Source: Nitrosopumilus sp. (GTDB taxonomy: Archaea > Thermoproteota > Nitrososphaeria > Nitrososphaerales > Nitrosopumilaceae). From it: a stretch of 64,000 nt of DNA. The notes under the pieces were generated by a model that had not been told where the DNA came from, did not search any database, and was given only the letters and a program-made list of their open reading frames with translations. Both the position numbers and the translations under genes were made by a program. The first letter of the stretch is position 1, and each line of letters opens with the position of its first letter. Where the stretch lies: NCBI GenBank assembly GCA_965205425.1, contig CBDBGZ010000009.1:1131077-1195076 (forward strand), given 5' to 3'. Below are positions 29,464-38,927 of this stretch, in pieces.

Positions 29464-29766
29464 TCAAGATTTTGCAATGTCGTAATCTTCTTTTCCATTA
29501 CCAAATCTCTGAGTAATGATTTTCACTCTATGCTTTTTCCCTCTTTGAATGTCTTGAGCCAAAACTGTAGGTTTGCCATTATCATAGAATTTTGCGACAA
29601 TCATCTTCCTTGAAGTGTAAAAATTCTTTACTCCATCAAATTCTTCTTCAGTTTTTATATTGATTTCAGTAATGGTCTCTTTTCCAACTTTTTTTTCAAC
29701 ATTTTCAACTTTTACGATAGTAAATACTCCCTTGTCATCTAGTTTTGAAAGTGAAGCTTCAGTCAT
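29464..29766 (-). CDS. hypothetical protein (possible OB-like beta fold)
   Basis: 100-aa ORF with host-like codon use. Confidence 0.65.
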   Translation of the reverse strand: MTEASLSKLDDKGVFTIVKVENVEKKVGKETITEINIKTEEEFDGVKNFYTSRKMIVAKFYDNGKPTVLAQDIQRGKKHRVKIITQRFGNGKEDYDIAKS

Positions 29767-29915
29767 TTCTTACTCTTCATCTTGCCCATCAGTGTTGATA
29801 TTATCACATTCAGGCATTGACATTGAAATTTGATCATTTTGTTTTATCAAATAATCCAATGTATCCATAATGATTCTAATTTTCCCCTATTGATAATTAT
29901 TTTGATTTAGAAATC

Positions 29916-30200
29916 TCAAGATTCACAACCAATTCCATCCTTGTCTCCATCAAATCTTTGAGGATCAGGCTACAAAACTGTGAAATTCTTTTCTGGAACA
30001 TCTCCGCAATCCAAGTCAGGTGAATCAACTGGAATACAAAAATCAGGATATGAAGGATCACAGTTCATTGACTCTCGTAATTCACATACAAATCTTTGAG
30101 CCCATGAATTATCTGAAAACTCACGGGTACTGCAATACCGTGTAGAAATTTCTGCATGTCCATTATACAGTAATGCAGAGTTTAGTGATTGGTGATTGTA
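29916..30200 (-). pseudogene. thermonuclease C-terminal part plus excalibur-like Ca-binding tail
   Basis: SLNSALLYNGHA...CDPSYPDFCIP..SPDLDCGDV...FDGDKDGIGCES; in-frame TAG at 29970-29972. Confidence 0.75.
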
Positions 30201-30203
30201 AAC

Positions 30204-31089
30204 CTATTACCACCAACTATTTTTGAGTAATTATTGGAAAAAACAATCAACATAATTGAGTTATCTAAAATAATTCACAACAAATCAACTGCATTGGAAT
30301 TTCTCTGCAACCAATTCAAAAAGAAAAACACAATTCATTGTTCATCATGTAACTCTGAGAATTACTATATTATTTCAAGAGGGAAACTAAGATGCAAAGA
30401 TTGCAAGACAGATTATAGACCGTTTGCTGGAACATGGTTTGATATCATCAACATTAATTTTACAAAATGGTTGGCCCTAGTCAAACTATTTGATATTGGG
30501 ATTAGTGCAAGACGTGCAGCTAGAGAAGCAGATGTCAGTTATCCAACTTGCACTAAATGCTTTTGATTGCATCAGATATGCCATACTGTATCATCTGGCA
30601 GAATCTGACAAGAAACTAAAAGGGAAAATTGAGGCTGACGAGGCGACTATTTTGGAGGAAAAAGAAAGGGAAATCGTGGCAGAGGTGCCAAGAACAAGAC
30701 CATCGTATTTGGCATACTGGAAAGAAAGGGAAAAGTTCACGTTGAGATTGTAAACAATGTCAAGGCCAAGACCCTTTTGAAAAGTACGATTAGAAAAGTC
30801 AAGAAGGGAAGTATCGTGTACACTGACAAGTGGAAGGGATACGATTCACTTGTGTTTAATGGTTACAAGCATCTCTCAATAGACCACAGCAAAATGTTTG
30901 GGAGTGGTGATGTGTACATAAATGGAATCGAAGGGTTTTGGAGTTTTGCAAAAGAGAACATGGCAAAGCATCATGGTGTTAGTCCAGAAAAGTTTTTGTT
31001 GTACATCAAGGAAATGGAATGGAGATACAACAACAGAGATGGAAGATACTTTCTCATTATTGTTAGATTATGTGTTGGTGGTGAATAAT
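30204..31089 (+). mobile_element. IS1595-family (ISXO2-like) element, multiply frameshifted
   Basis: Zn ribbon CSSC..CKDC, IEADE, VYTD, INGIEGFWS, EMEWRYN; ends TATTACCACCAAC / GTTGGTGGTGAATA. Confidence 0.85.
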
Positions 31090-31195
31090 TGATAATCACC
31101 TAATTGATAATCATCAAATGATAAATAGAGTCAATTTGTGTTGTATCCCAAAATCAGTAGATAGTATTTTATCTAAGAATATTATATAACTCATA

Positions 31196-32071
31196 ATGCC
31201 AAATTTAAGACGAATGTTACCTTTCTTGGCATTACTTGCAGTTATACCTGCAGCATATGCAGTACCAGGTAATCTAGATGACTTTGAGGAGACACAGTTT
31301 TATGAAAAGAATGACATCCTACATGCTTTTGATTCAATGCAAAGGCATATCACATTGGATGAAAACTATCATCTTTTCATAAATATAACAAGTGCCAAAC
31401 TAGATCCTAACACATCACAATTAGATATTGCAATTGCCAATGATTTTGCAATCTATAATGATATGTTAATGGATGTTAAAGTTGGCCCTGTAGGGCAAAC
31501 CAACGAATTAGATGTAGATTATGATGGCCAAGTAAGGTACATACTTGATGACTTTGACAATGGTAAGTTTAAAAATCTGTTCTCAGAAGAATCTAATTTT
31601 GTTGCCAAAACAAATGAAATAACATACACTATATACAATGAAATTGATACGCCAATCTTGAGCGTATTTGGTGTGGATATTGTACCAGTTCATCATGGTG
31701 CATCAGGTACCGTTTGCAGTGGTGGGTTTGATGATCCACATTTGCCAGATTCATCGCCTACAACTGTTACAGGTTTTACATCCTTACATGATGCACAATA
31801 TGCATTGTACCAGTTAGATTATCACCGTGTTCCTGAATATGCAATATTTGGTGGTGAAGCAAGCAGAGATATAGACTTTGCAAAAACTGTAACATCTGGT
31901 GCACCTGGTGATTGTAATGATGGTCCATTCAGAGATCAGGCAATAATAAACACATACACCCATGCAGAATACAAAGTCACAGAAGATGAGCCAAATCCAG
32001 AAGTATTGTCATATTGGTGGCCATCTTATTGGTGGGGCTTTTATGTCGAATATTGGCATGACAACTTCTAA
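31196..32071 (+). CDS. secreted orphan protein with acidic N-region and Trp/Tyr-rich C-terminus
   Basis: Signal peptide ending AYA; 2 Cys; terminal EPNPEVLSYWWPSYWWGFYVEYWHDNF; intact among IS debris. Confidence 0.8.
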   Translation: MPNLRRMLPFLALLAVIPAAYAVPGNLDDFEETQFYEKNDILHAFDSMQRHITLDENYHLFINITSAKLDPNTSQLDIAIANDFAIYNDMLMDVKVGPVGQTNELDVDYDGQVRYILDDFDNGKFKNLFSEESNFVAKTNEITYTIYNEIDTPILSVFGVDIVPVHHGASGTVCSGGFDDPHLPDSSPTTVTGFTSLHDAQYALYQLDYHRVPEYAIFGGEASRDIDFAKTVTSGAPGDCNDGPFRDQAIINTYTHAEYKVTEDEPNPEVLSYWWPSYWWGFYVEYWHDNF

Positions 32072-32270
32072 ACTACTCCTTTTTCTTTCTTTTTTGCTCA
32101 TCAGTATAATTTCATTTGTTGTAGGTGTTTATCATCCTTTGATCTTTGATATTTTGTTTTATGGTACCATTGCAGGCCCATGTGTTTGGCCTTCTGATTA
32201 CCAGTATATGGGAGGGGATTTAACTAAATTGGAGTATGATGATAAACGTGGATGTTATTTGAAACCTTGA
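32058..32270 (+). CDS. 70-aa membrane protein translationally coupled to the upstream orphan
   Basis: ATG at 32058 overlaps the upstream gene's end; hydrophobic N-half, 2 Cys. Confidence 0.6.
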   Translation: MTTSKLLLFLSFLLISIISFVVGVYHPLIFDILFYGTIAGPCVWPSDYQYMGGDLTKLEYDDKRGCYLKP

Positions 32271-32366
32271 TCATTATAGATCGGTTGCGTAATTGATTCA
32301 ATTTGATAGAATAATCCAAATTCTCTCACAACAAGATCCAAAGCTAAGGAATAACCATCTTCAATT

Positions 32367-32560
32367 ATGTTCAATCACACAAAACTAGCAAAAAGACCAA
32401 GAACAATTCCTATCCATAACAGGAATAACTGTTCCACAGTTTGATTCTCTATCCAAAGAGATTCAAAAACAATACAAAACTACAGAAGAAAAGCGATTGT
32501 CAAAACAAAAAAGAAAACGCAGTATGGGTGCAGGACGACACTTTGATCACGCCCTCAACA
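32367..32560 (+). mobile_element. IS5/ISL2-group transposase N-terminal remnant
   Basis: FLSITGITVPQFDSL...EEKRLSKQKRKRSMGAGR resembles the N-termini of HTH_Tnp_4 transposases. Confidence 0.55.
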
Positions 32561-32665
32561 GTAGATGGAAAAGTAATTCATCGCACACATTCCAAATGAT
32601 ATCTTGCTTTGTCTGAAAACCAATCAACGATTATTTTTTCAATGTATATTTTTAGTAGATGTATA

Positions 32666-32797
32666 TAGCGAAAAGATAAAGTTCATGAACTAAATAATTT
32701 CAAAAAACTAGAAATCAGTTGATCTTACCTATAGGTAAATACGAATAAACAAATTGAAACACCTAAAAAATAACTCACGAACTTATGCTTCTCGCTA
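32666..32797. mobile_element. 132-bp IS630-derived MITE
   Basis: Starts TAGCGAAAAGATAAAGTTCATGAACTAAAT (the 5' end of IS630 copies 1/2 with one mismatch) and ends GAACTTATGCTTCTCGCTA; TA on both sides. Confidence 0.85.
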
Positions 32798-33888
32798 TAC
32801 CTCGGAGCATAATTCTTTGCAATTTTTCAAAACAAATAGCAATACTTTTTGATCAGTAGTTAGAAATAATTTCATGGACATCACAAATGACGAGTTATTC
32901 CAGGCCTACAAAAAAGAAAAGTACGGTAAGAAAAAGGAAAGACTGCATGCAATGTGTAAGATTAAAATCAACGAATCCACAATTGCTGAAACTTCCAACC
33001 AAATGTTTTGTACATGCAATTCTGTAAGGAACTGGCTTGATTCATTTGAAAAATACGGACTAGAGGGCCTGGAGGACCCCCCCTCGTTCTGGTCATCCGC
33101 CATTAATCTCACACAAAAAATTACAAAAGATAGAGCGTACATTTAAGAAAATTTCAAACGGCATGACTCCAAAGAAACTGATACAATTCATATTTTACAG
33201 AACACGCATTACATATCATATCACTCACGTGCGTCCTTTGATGCACAAATGGAATCTAAAACCAAAGGTTCCACAAAAGGTACATGTACGAGCAGCATCC
33301 AAGGATACATGCCGCAAGTGGAAAAACCGCATCATTTCACGCATAGAAAAGGCAAAAAAGAAAGGTTTTACAGTATTCATCCAAGACGAGTCTGTATTTG
33401 TAGACGATGTACGTCTTGGTAAAAAATACTGGACAGATACACATCAACGAATGATTGTACGTTGTAGAGGATCGCACCAAAGATTTTTGGTTTATGGAAA
33501 TGATGATAATCAAAGTTTTTTTAGATCGTATGAAAAATTTAATTCAATTGCATTTATGGATTATTTGGAGGCAGCTCGTAGAAAATTTGGAAAAATATTT
33601 GTTATCGTCGATAGGGCACCGCAACACAAAGCTAATGATGTAAAAAAATATCTGCGTAAAAACAAAGCTGTCAAACTGGCATATCTTCCAAGAGGTTCCC
33701 CGCATTTGAGTATGATTGAAGAGATTTGGAGACAGTGCAAACATGTTAATGTTGAATCAGAATTTTATGAATCTATTCATGAGATGAGACATACAGTTAT
33801 GGAATATTTTAGAACGCACAAATTTAATTTGAATATGTATCAGTATTTTGCAAGAACAATAAATTGAAAAGACTTATGATCTGGGGTA
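32798..33888 (+). mobile_element. divergent IS630-family element, frameshifted transposase (32874..33867)
   Basis: IQDES, VDRAPQH, PRGSPHLSMIEEIW; imperfect TIR TACCTCGGAGCATAATTCTTTGCAATTT vs TACCCCAGATCATAAGTCTTTTCAATTT. Confidence 0.88.
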
Positions 33889-34191
33889 TAGGGATAGTCT
33901 AATTTTGTAATTTGTTGTATGGATGGTATCCCCATCTACAATACTAGTAATTAATTGTGAAACACATTTAGCTTCTCCAATACACCTATGAGAATCAAAA
34001 TCTGTTTTTGATTGAACTGGTTCGTTATTGTAAATACCTGTAAACTGTTCTAGTCCAACTTCTTTTGCTGCAACTCCTGTCTTTTCTCCTGTAGCCAAGT
34101 CAGTACCTGTTTGTGATTGATAGACTAGTGATGCTGCAATAAATAACACAAATGGCACAACAACTAGTGCTGCAATGGATAGAGGTTTCAC
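33889..34191 (-). pseudogene. thermonuclease (SNase) N-terminal part, cut by IS630
   Basis: TM anchor; IVDGDTI...KIRLSL ends at the IS630 TA. Confidence 0.8.
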
Positions 34192-34237
34192 AAGGATTTT
34201 TTAAAATGTATGAATTTAAGAATTACTTTTCATAGTT

Positions 34238-34495
34238 TTATGGTTTGATAGGAGGATTCAATCTTTGTTCTTCATCAATGCGGTCATAACAATCATTCAA
34301 TTCATCTGGTTGACCCATGTAGAGTTCTCTGCATTCTTGTTCTAGGTATGTTTTTTGCAGTAATTGCCATGCAGCTTCATCTTGCTCTTCAGATGTTCCA
34401 ACATTTGGTGGTTCAATAGATGAGGTGAAAAAAACTGTAAACCCTACACCAACAACTATGGAAATTATTACTACAATAATTATTACTGGATTCAT
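34238..34495 (-). CDS. membrane-anchored hypothetical protein
   Basis: N-terminal TM helix, 2 Cys. Confidence 0.65.
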   Translation of the reverse strand: MNPVIIIVVIISIVVGVGFTVFFTSSIEPPNVGTSEEQDEAAWQLLQKTYLEQECRELYMGQPDELNDCYDRIDEEQRLNPPIKP

Positions 34496-34719
34496 TTCTC
34501 CAACTCTTCAATTTTGGCCTGAAGCTCTTTGACTTTGTTTCTTAACTCAATGTTTTCGTCTCTTAGAGAATCCCTTTCTTTTGTGAGTATTTCATTAAGA
34601 TCCATAAAACATACTGCAAAAAATCCAAACTTAAGGGTATCACTTGTGACAATCACAAGCGCAGCTATCAGGAACACATCTGTGATTAATACAATCTCTG
34701 CAGCCTTTACTTCTGCCAC
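34492..34719 (-). CDS. small TM plus coiled-coil protein
   Basis: Heptad-rich C-terminus; 4-nt overlap with the next gene. Confidence 0.55.
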   Translation of the reverse strand: MAEVKAAEIVLITDVFLIAALVIVTSDTLKFGFFAVCFMDLNEILTKERDSLRDENIELRNKVKELQAKIEELEK

Positions 34720-34794
34720 TTTTTACTCTTAATCGCTCTTTATCCATTTGTAAAACCCATAACTTACCATGTGGTTACTGCCGGATTTTAATAC

Positions 34795-35154
34795 TTGCAG
34801 TCTTGTATGACATTAGAAATGCCACAATTCATTGTACTATACTATGCACCACAAGACTCTATGGAAAAATGGAAAAACAAGAGTCCTGAAGAAATGAAAA
34901 AAGGAATGGAAGTATGGATGGTATGGGCTGAGAAATGCGGTGAGCATCTAGTTGACATGGGAGCTCCATTAGGTATTGGCAAACACATTATTGAATCAGG
35001 AAATACTCAAAGCAAAGCCAATGTTGGAGGATATTCTGTTTTACAAGCAGACAATATGGTAGCAGCTGAAGAATTACTCAAAGGACATCCTCATCTTGGA
35101 TGGGGAGATGAATATCACATTGAGGTTCATGAGAAAATGCCTTTACCTTGTTAA
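34795..35154 (+). CDS. YCII-related protein (true start probably about 34819)
   Basis: F..LY..P, W..W, GAPL, GGYSVLQA, HPHL, IEVHE. Confidence 0.75.
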   Translation: MQSCMTLEMPQFIVLYYAPQDSMEKWKNKSPEEMKKGMEVWMVWAEKCGEHLVDMGAPLGIGKHIIESGNTQSKANVGGYSVLQADNMVAAEELLKGHPHLGWGDEYHIEVHEKMPLPC

Positions 35155-35164
35155 AAATTATTTT

Positions 35165-35323
35165 CTAGCTGTTTTCTAAATCAGGTTCATACTTTTCCCA
35201 AATGTTCATTTTCAACCAACATCCATTACACATAGTTGGTTTGTCTTCCATCTCTTCAATAGAGATTGCATGATTCTGATGACAAATCTTACAGGTAAAA
35301 TATTCTGTAATTAACTCTGACAT
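35165..35323 (-). CDS. 52-aa CxxC/CxxC zinc-finger microprotein (absent from ORF track)
   Basis: MSELITEYFTCKICHQNH...MCNGCWLKMNIWEKYEPDLENS. Confidence 0.55.
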   Translation of the reverse strand: MSELITEYFTCKICHQNHAISIEEMEDKPTMCNGCWLKMNIWEKYEPDLENS

Positions 35324-35556
35324 GCAAAAATTTCAAAATCATTGCCTAAAAGCATCACTATACAATATACACTAGACTCCAAATGACTTGGATTTTTTTC
35401 ACATTTTGGACAATTCAGCCCTCTAGTTTCAAGACCACATTTTTTACAATATGCATCAATTCCTGCTACCTCACGCGGACCTGTTCTTGATATTTTGACA
35501 ACCAAAATTATTACTAGTAAAACACCGATTGCAATTCCAATGTATGCTAGTACCAT
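35311..35556 (-). CDS. TM plus zinc-ribbon small protein (C-terminus possibly frameshifted)
   Basis: TM helix, then CKKCG...CPKC; an A7 run follows. Confidence 0.6.
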   Translation of the reverse strand: MVLAYIGIAIGVLLVIILVVKISRTGPREVAGIDAYCKKCGLETRGLNCPKCEKNPSHLESSVYCIVMLLGNDFEIFACQS

Positions 35557-35591
35557 ATGTACAATAGCACTTTATAGAATAAAAGTCTCTT

Positions 35592-35810
35592 TTACACAGT
35601 TAACACATACTGGTTTGCCAAAATTTTCTTGATATCATCAATGTATTGTCGTTTAGTACTACCTACAAATCTCCAACATGCTTGCATTTCGTCTTCTAGT
35701 ATTTCATATACCAAATCAATCTCTTCACCTGCGTCAATTTCTCGTTTAGCAATAACCATTAGTTCTTGCAATCGTAGTTTTTTTCTCCATGTGTGGGCAC
35801 AATCAGCCAT
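35592..35810 (-). CDS. hypothetical protein
   Basis: 72-aa ORF. Confidence 0.55.
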   Translation of the reverse strand: MADCAHTWRKKLRLQELMVIAKREIDAGEEIDLVYEILEDEMQACWRFVGSTKRQYIDDIKKILANQYVLTV

Positions 35811-35869
35811 AATTTTTCTTGAAATTATACTCTAAAAGGATCACTATACATTGAAACTATTTTGTAAAT

Positions 35870-36541
35870 TCAAAGAGAAATATCTTTTCCAGGAATTAGA
35901 TTGTTCTTTTTTGGAATGTCATAAATTTCCAATCCTTCTAAATATTCTAGTTGTTCTGAAATTAATTTTGAATCTCCAAATGATATCAAAATTCTATCAT
36001 TATGTTTTATTTCATAGAGGTTAATGTTTGGAATAGACTTTCCATTTACAGTAATTGTCATAGAATTATCTCTATCAATACAGTTCTGGTTTGGATCTGT
36101 TTGACCTCTTAACACAATACATTCAGATGTTACTTCTAATCCAAATGATGAAAACAGCATATCCAATGGAACATCAGTTGCATGTTTATGAATCAAATAT
36201 GGATTGTTACTTTCAAAATGAATGTACTTGCTTTGAAGCTGAAACCGTGGATGTGAAAAATCAATCGCGTCTCCATTAACATAAACTGTAATTGCTGCAT
36301 GTGCATGCTCACTTCCAAACTGTCCAACTCCATAATGGTCTGCCATATTTTCCTCTACTGTCTTAAATGCAGTGTTATCCAAAATTTGTGAATCGATCTC
36401 ATTTTGATTTAGAAAATAATACGTAAAGATTCCTGTAGCAACTAAGACAAATGCTATTCCAAATATGGCAAGTGATCTCCCTTTTGATTTTGATTCTGGT
36501 TTTATTTCAGGTACAAAATATGCCGAATTACTCTCATCCAT
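35870..36541 (-). CDS. membrane-anchored His-motif protein
   Basis: TM helix, EHAHA, IHFE, IHKHA, D+ILISFG; start placed at MDESNS. Confidence 0.65.
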   Translation of the reverse strand: MDESNSAYFVPEIKPESKSKGRSLAIFGIAFVLVATGIFTYYFLNQNEIDSQILDNTAFKTVEENMADHYGVGQFGSEHAHAAITVYVNGDAIDFSHPRFQLQSKYIHFESNNPYLIHKHATDVPLDMLFSSFGLEVTSECIVLRGQTDPNQNCIDRDNSMTITVNGKSIPNINLYEIKHNDRILISFGDSKLISEQLEYLEGLEIYDIPKKNNLIPGKDISL

Positions 36542-36645
36542 CCGTCCTGGAAGGCTAAAATCTGAATCTTCTTTTGGTAAAACCTTCTCAGTCAAGTAAT
36601 ACTCATAATTGATTAATCGTATAAATTTCCATGTTTGTAATTTTT

Positions 36646-37629
36646 CTATCTGTATTCTCCACCACAATCTCCAATGACCTCAAAGAGATCATTTGATTTT
36701 GCAGTAATGTTACTAATTGATGAAATGTCTGATTCATCTAGTTTTACATTAAACACTTTGGCATTATCATCTCTGTGTTCAGCAATACCTAGTCTAGCAC
36801 CAATGATAACGCCTGCAACTTGAGGTTTATCTAAAACAAAACGTGTTGCAACATTTGCAATACTACAACTGTGTTTTTGTGCTATATCATTTAGTATAGA
36901 TAACAATTCTTGGAATAACTGCCATCCACCCCATACATCTATCATATTCTTGTATTTTTGTAAACTAGATGTAGTCAGATCACCTCTGTGAGGTTCATCA
37001 ACTGCTAGATATTTCTCTGAAAAGAATCCTCCAAGTAAAGTTCCATAAGCTAGTATTTTGATTCCATGTTTTGCAAAAAATGGAGCCATTATTCTATTAG
37101 GTCTTTGGTCTAGTATGGAATATTGAACCTGGTTTGATACTATATTATGTCCGTGTTCTTTCATGATTTTGATTCGCTCAGTATCAAAGTTTGTCAATCC
37201 AATGTGTTTGATTTTATTTTCATTTTGTAATTTTGATAGAACATTTAGTGCATCAAGATAACTTGTATCATTGTAATCCCACCAATGAAACTGGAGTAAA
37301 TCAATACAATCAGTATTCATTTTTTGTAATGACTGCTCGATATAGTGAGTTACAATACTATTGCTCATTGGACCTGGATTTGGAACAAATTTAGTTAATG
37401 CCTGAAATTTCTCATTATCGATTTTTTTTCTAAATTGGCCAATTAGTGATTCAGCAGGACCGTAAATGTCTGCCAAATCCCAGGTTGTAAGTCCAGAATT
37501 TTGATATTTTTTCATATCTTCAAGTGCAGAATCTGTTTCAATCTGACCATGACCTCCAGCAACTTGCCACATTCCATTAAGAATTCTACAAATCTCCAAA
37601 TCTGCAAGTAGAGTTTTCTCAATTGCCAT
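36646..37629 (-). CDS. aldo/keto reductase
   Basis: DLADIYG, IDLLQFHW, IGLTNF, NQVQYSILD. Confidence 0.92.
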   Translation of the reverse strand: MAIEKTLLADLEICRILNGMWQVAGGHGQIETDSALEDMKKYQNSGLTTWDLADIYGPAESLIGQFRKKIDNEKFQALTKFVPNPGPMSNSIVTHYIEQSLQKMNTDCIDLLQFHWWDYNDTSYLDALNVLSKLQNENKIKHIGLTNFDTERIKIMKEHGHNIVSNQVQYSILDQRPNRIMAPFFAKHGIKILAYGTLLGGFFSEKYLAVDEPHRGDLTTSSLQKYKNMIDVWGGWQLFQELLSILNDIAQKHSCSIANVATRFVLDKPQVAGVIIGARLGIAEHRDDNAKVFNVKLDESDISSISNITAKSNDLFEVIGDCGGEYR

Positions 37630-37709
37630 GTACTATGCCATTTTTCTTTCAAAAAAATAGTTTACTAGGATAATATTGAAGAAAAATTGTTCTAAAGTAG
37701 AATATTATT

Positions 37710-38271
37710 TTGGATCTAGTAAAAAGTGCAGAATTATTTGCAAAGAACAAACATGCAGGACAGTTTAGAGCAGATGGAACTACGCCTTATTCAAAACATC
37801 TAGATGATGTCATAAACAGACTCAAAAGTTTGGGTGTAATTGATGAGCATATTCTCTGTGCAGGATGGCTTCATGACACCATAGAGAACACTGATACAAC
37901 TTTTGATGATTTGTATGAACAGTATGAAAGTGAAATTGCAGTTCTAGTATCATCATTATCAAAAGACATGAAATTAACTAGAAAAAAAAGAGCAAGCATA
38001 TGTCACACAACTCAAAGAGGCATCTTTTAGTGCAAAATTAATCAAACTTTGTGATATCTCTGCAAACTTGAGTGATTTGAAAAACTATGAAGCATCAAAA
38101 TCAAAAAAACTGCGACAGGTAAAATAAAAAAGGCATTATCTTACTATAATCAAAAATGATCTAGTAGGAAATCCACACTATCCATATGTGCAATCTCTCT
38201 TTGAGAGTGCAAATTTAATTTTCATAAAGTATGGTCAGAGACCAATATCTATTCAAACAAAGCAAAATTAG
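37710..38271 (+). pseudogene. HD-domain (RelA/SpoT hydrolase, Mesh1-like) protein, disrupted
   Basis: HAGQFR..PY..H, AGWLHDTIE, IKLCD..ANL; frameshift in the A8 run near 37982 and in-frame TAA at 38125. Confidence 0.8.
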
Positions 38272-38320
38272 CCTCAAATCTTTTCAATATTCTTAAATTC
38301 ATTAATTTTTTAGAAAAAAT

Positions 38321-38734
38321 ATGTCTAAAAATGAAAATTCTGAAGAATTCCATTTGTTAGATCAACTAAACAAAAAATATTTTACAGAACTTGAGCATTC
38401 TGTTCCACACATTCAACAGACACTATTTGATTTACAAAATGAATGTTACAAGACATGGAGAAATGCAGTTACTGCAAATACTTCTCTTTACAAAGAATTC
38501 CTAAGTACTTCTGGTTACAATTTCATGTCTTCAAAAGCTGCCAAAGAAATTTTTGAGAATATGAGTGAAGAAGGCCTCAAATTTAGAGAATTATGGAATA
38601 AATTTACCATCTCTAATATTGAATCTGTAAAGAACAATGCAAAAACATGGAACGATAATGCAGATACATTTGTTGAATTGAACAGAAAAATTATGCATTA
38701 CTGGTTATCTACATTTAATCCAAAAACAAACTAA
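38321..38734 (+). CDS. hypothetical helical protein
   Basis: 137-aa ORF. Confidence 0.65.
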   Translation: MSKNENSEEFHLLDQLNKKYFTELEHSVPHIQQTLFDLQNECYKTWRNAVTANTSLYKEFLSTSGYNFMSSKAAKEIFENMSEEGLKFRELWNKFTISNIESVKNNAKTWNDNADTFVELNRKIMHYWLSTFNPKTN

Positions 38735-38927
38735 TCTAATGCTACTACAGCAATAATTACAACTAGACTTCCAATCATTGCCATGATTGCCATCTTGCTT
38801 TTTTCACTCCATCCTTCTTTTACGATTACCCTCATGATGATATTCTCCAGATTTTTTGTATTCACTTAAGCCTATTGCTAGTTATCACAGAAATATCTAA
38901 ATCACAATCATTTGAGAACTAATTATC

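Noticed and set aside
31086..31114. Tandem TAATTGATAATCA repeat at the IS1595 right end
   Set aside because: Only two units; most simply an insertion or duplication scar
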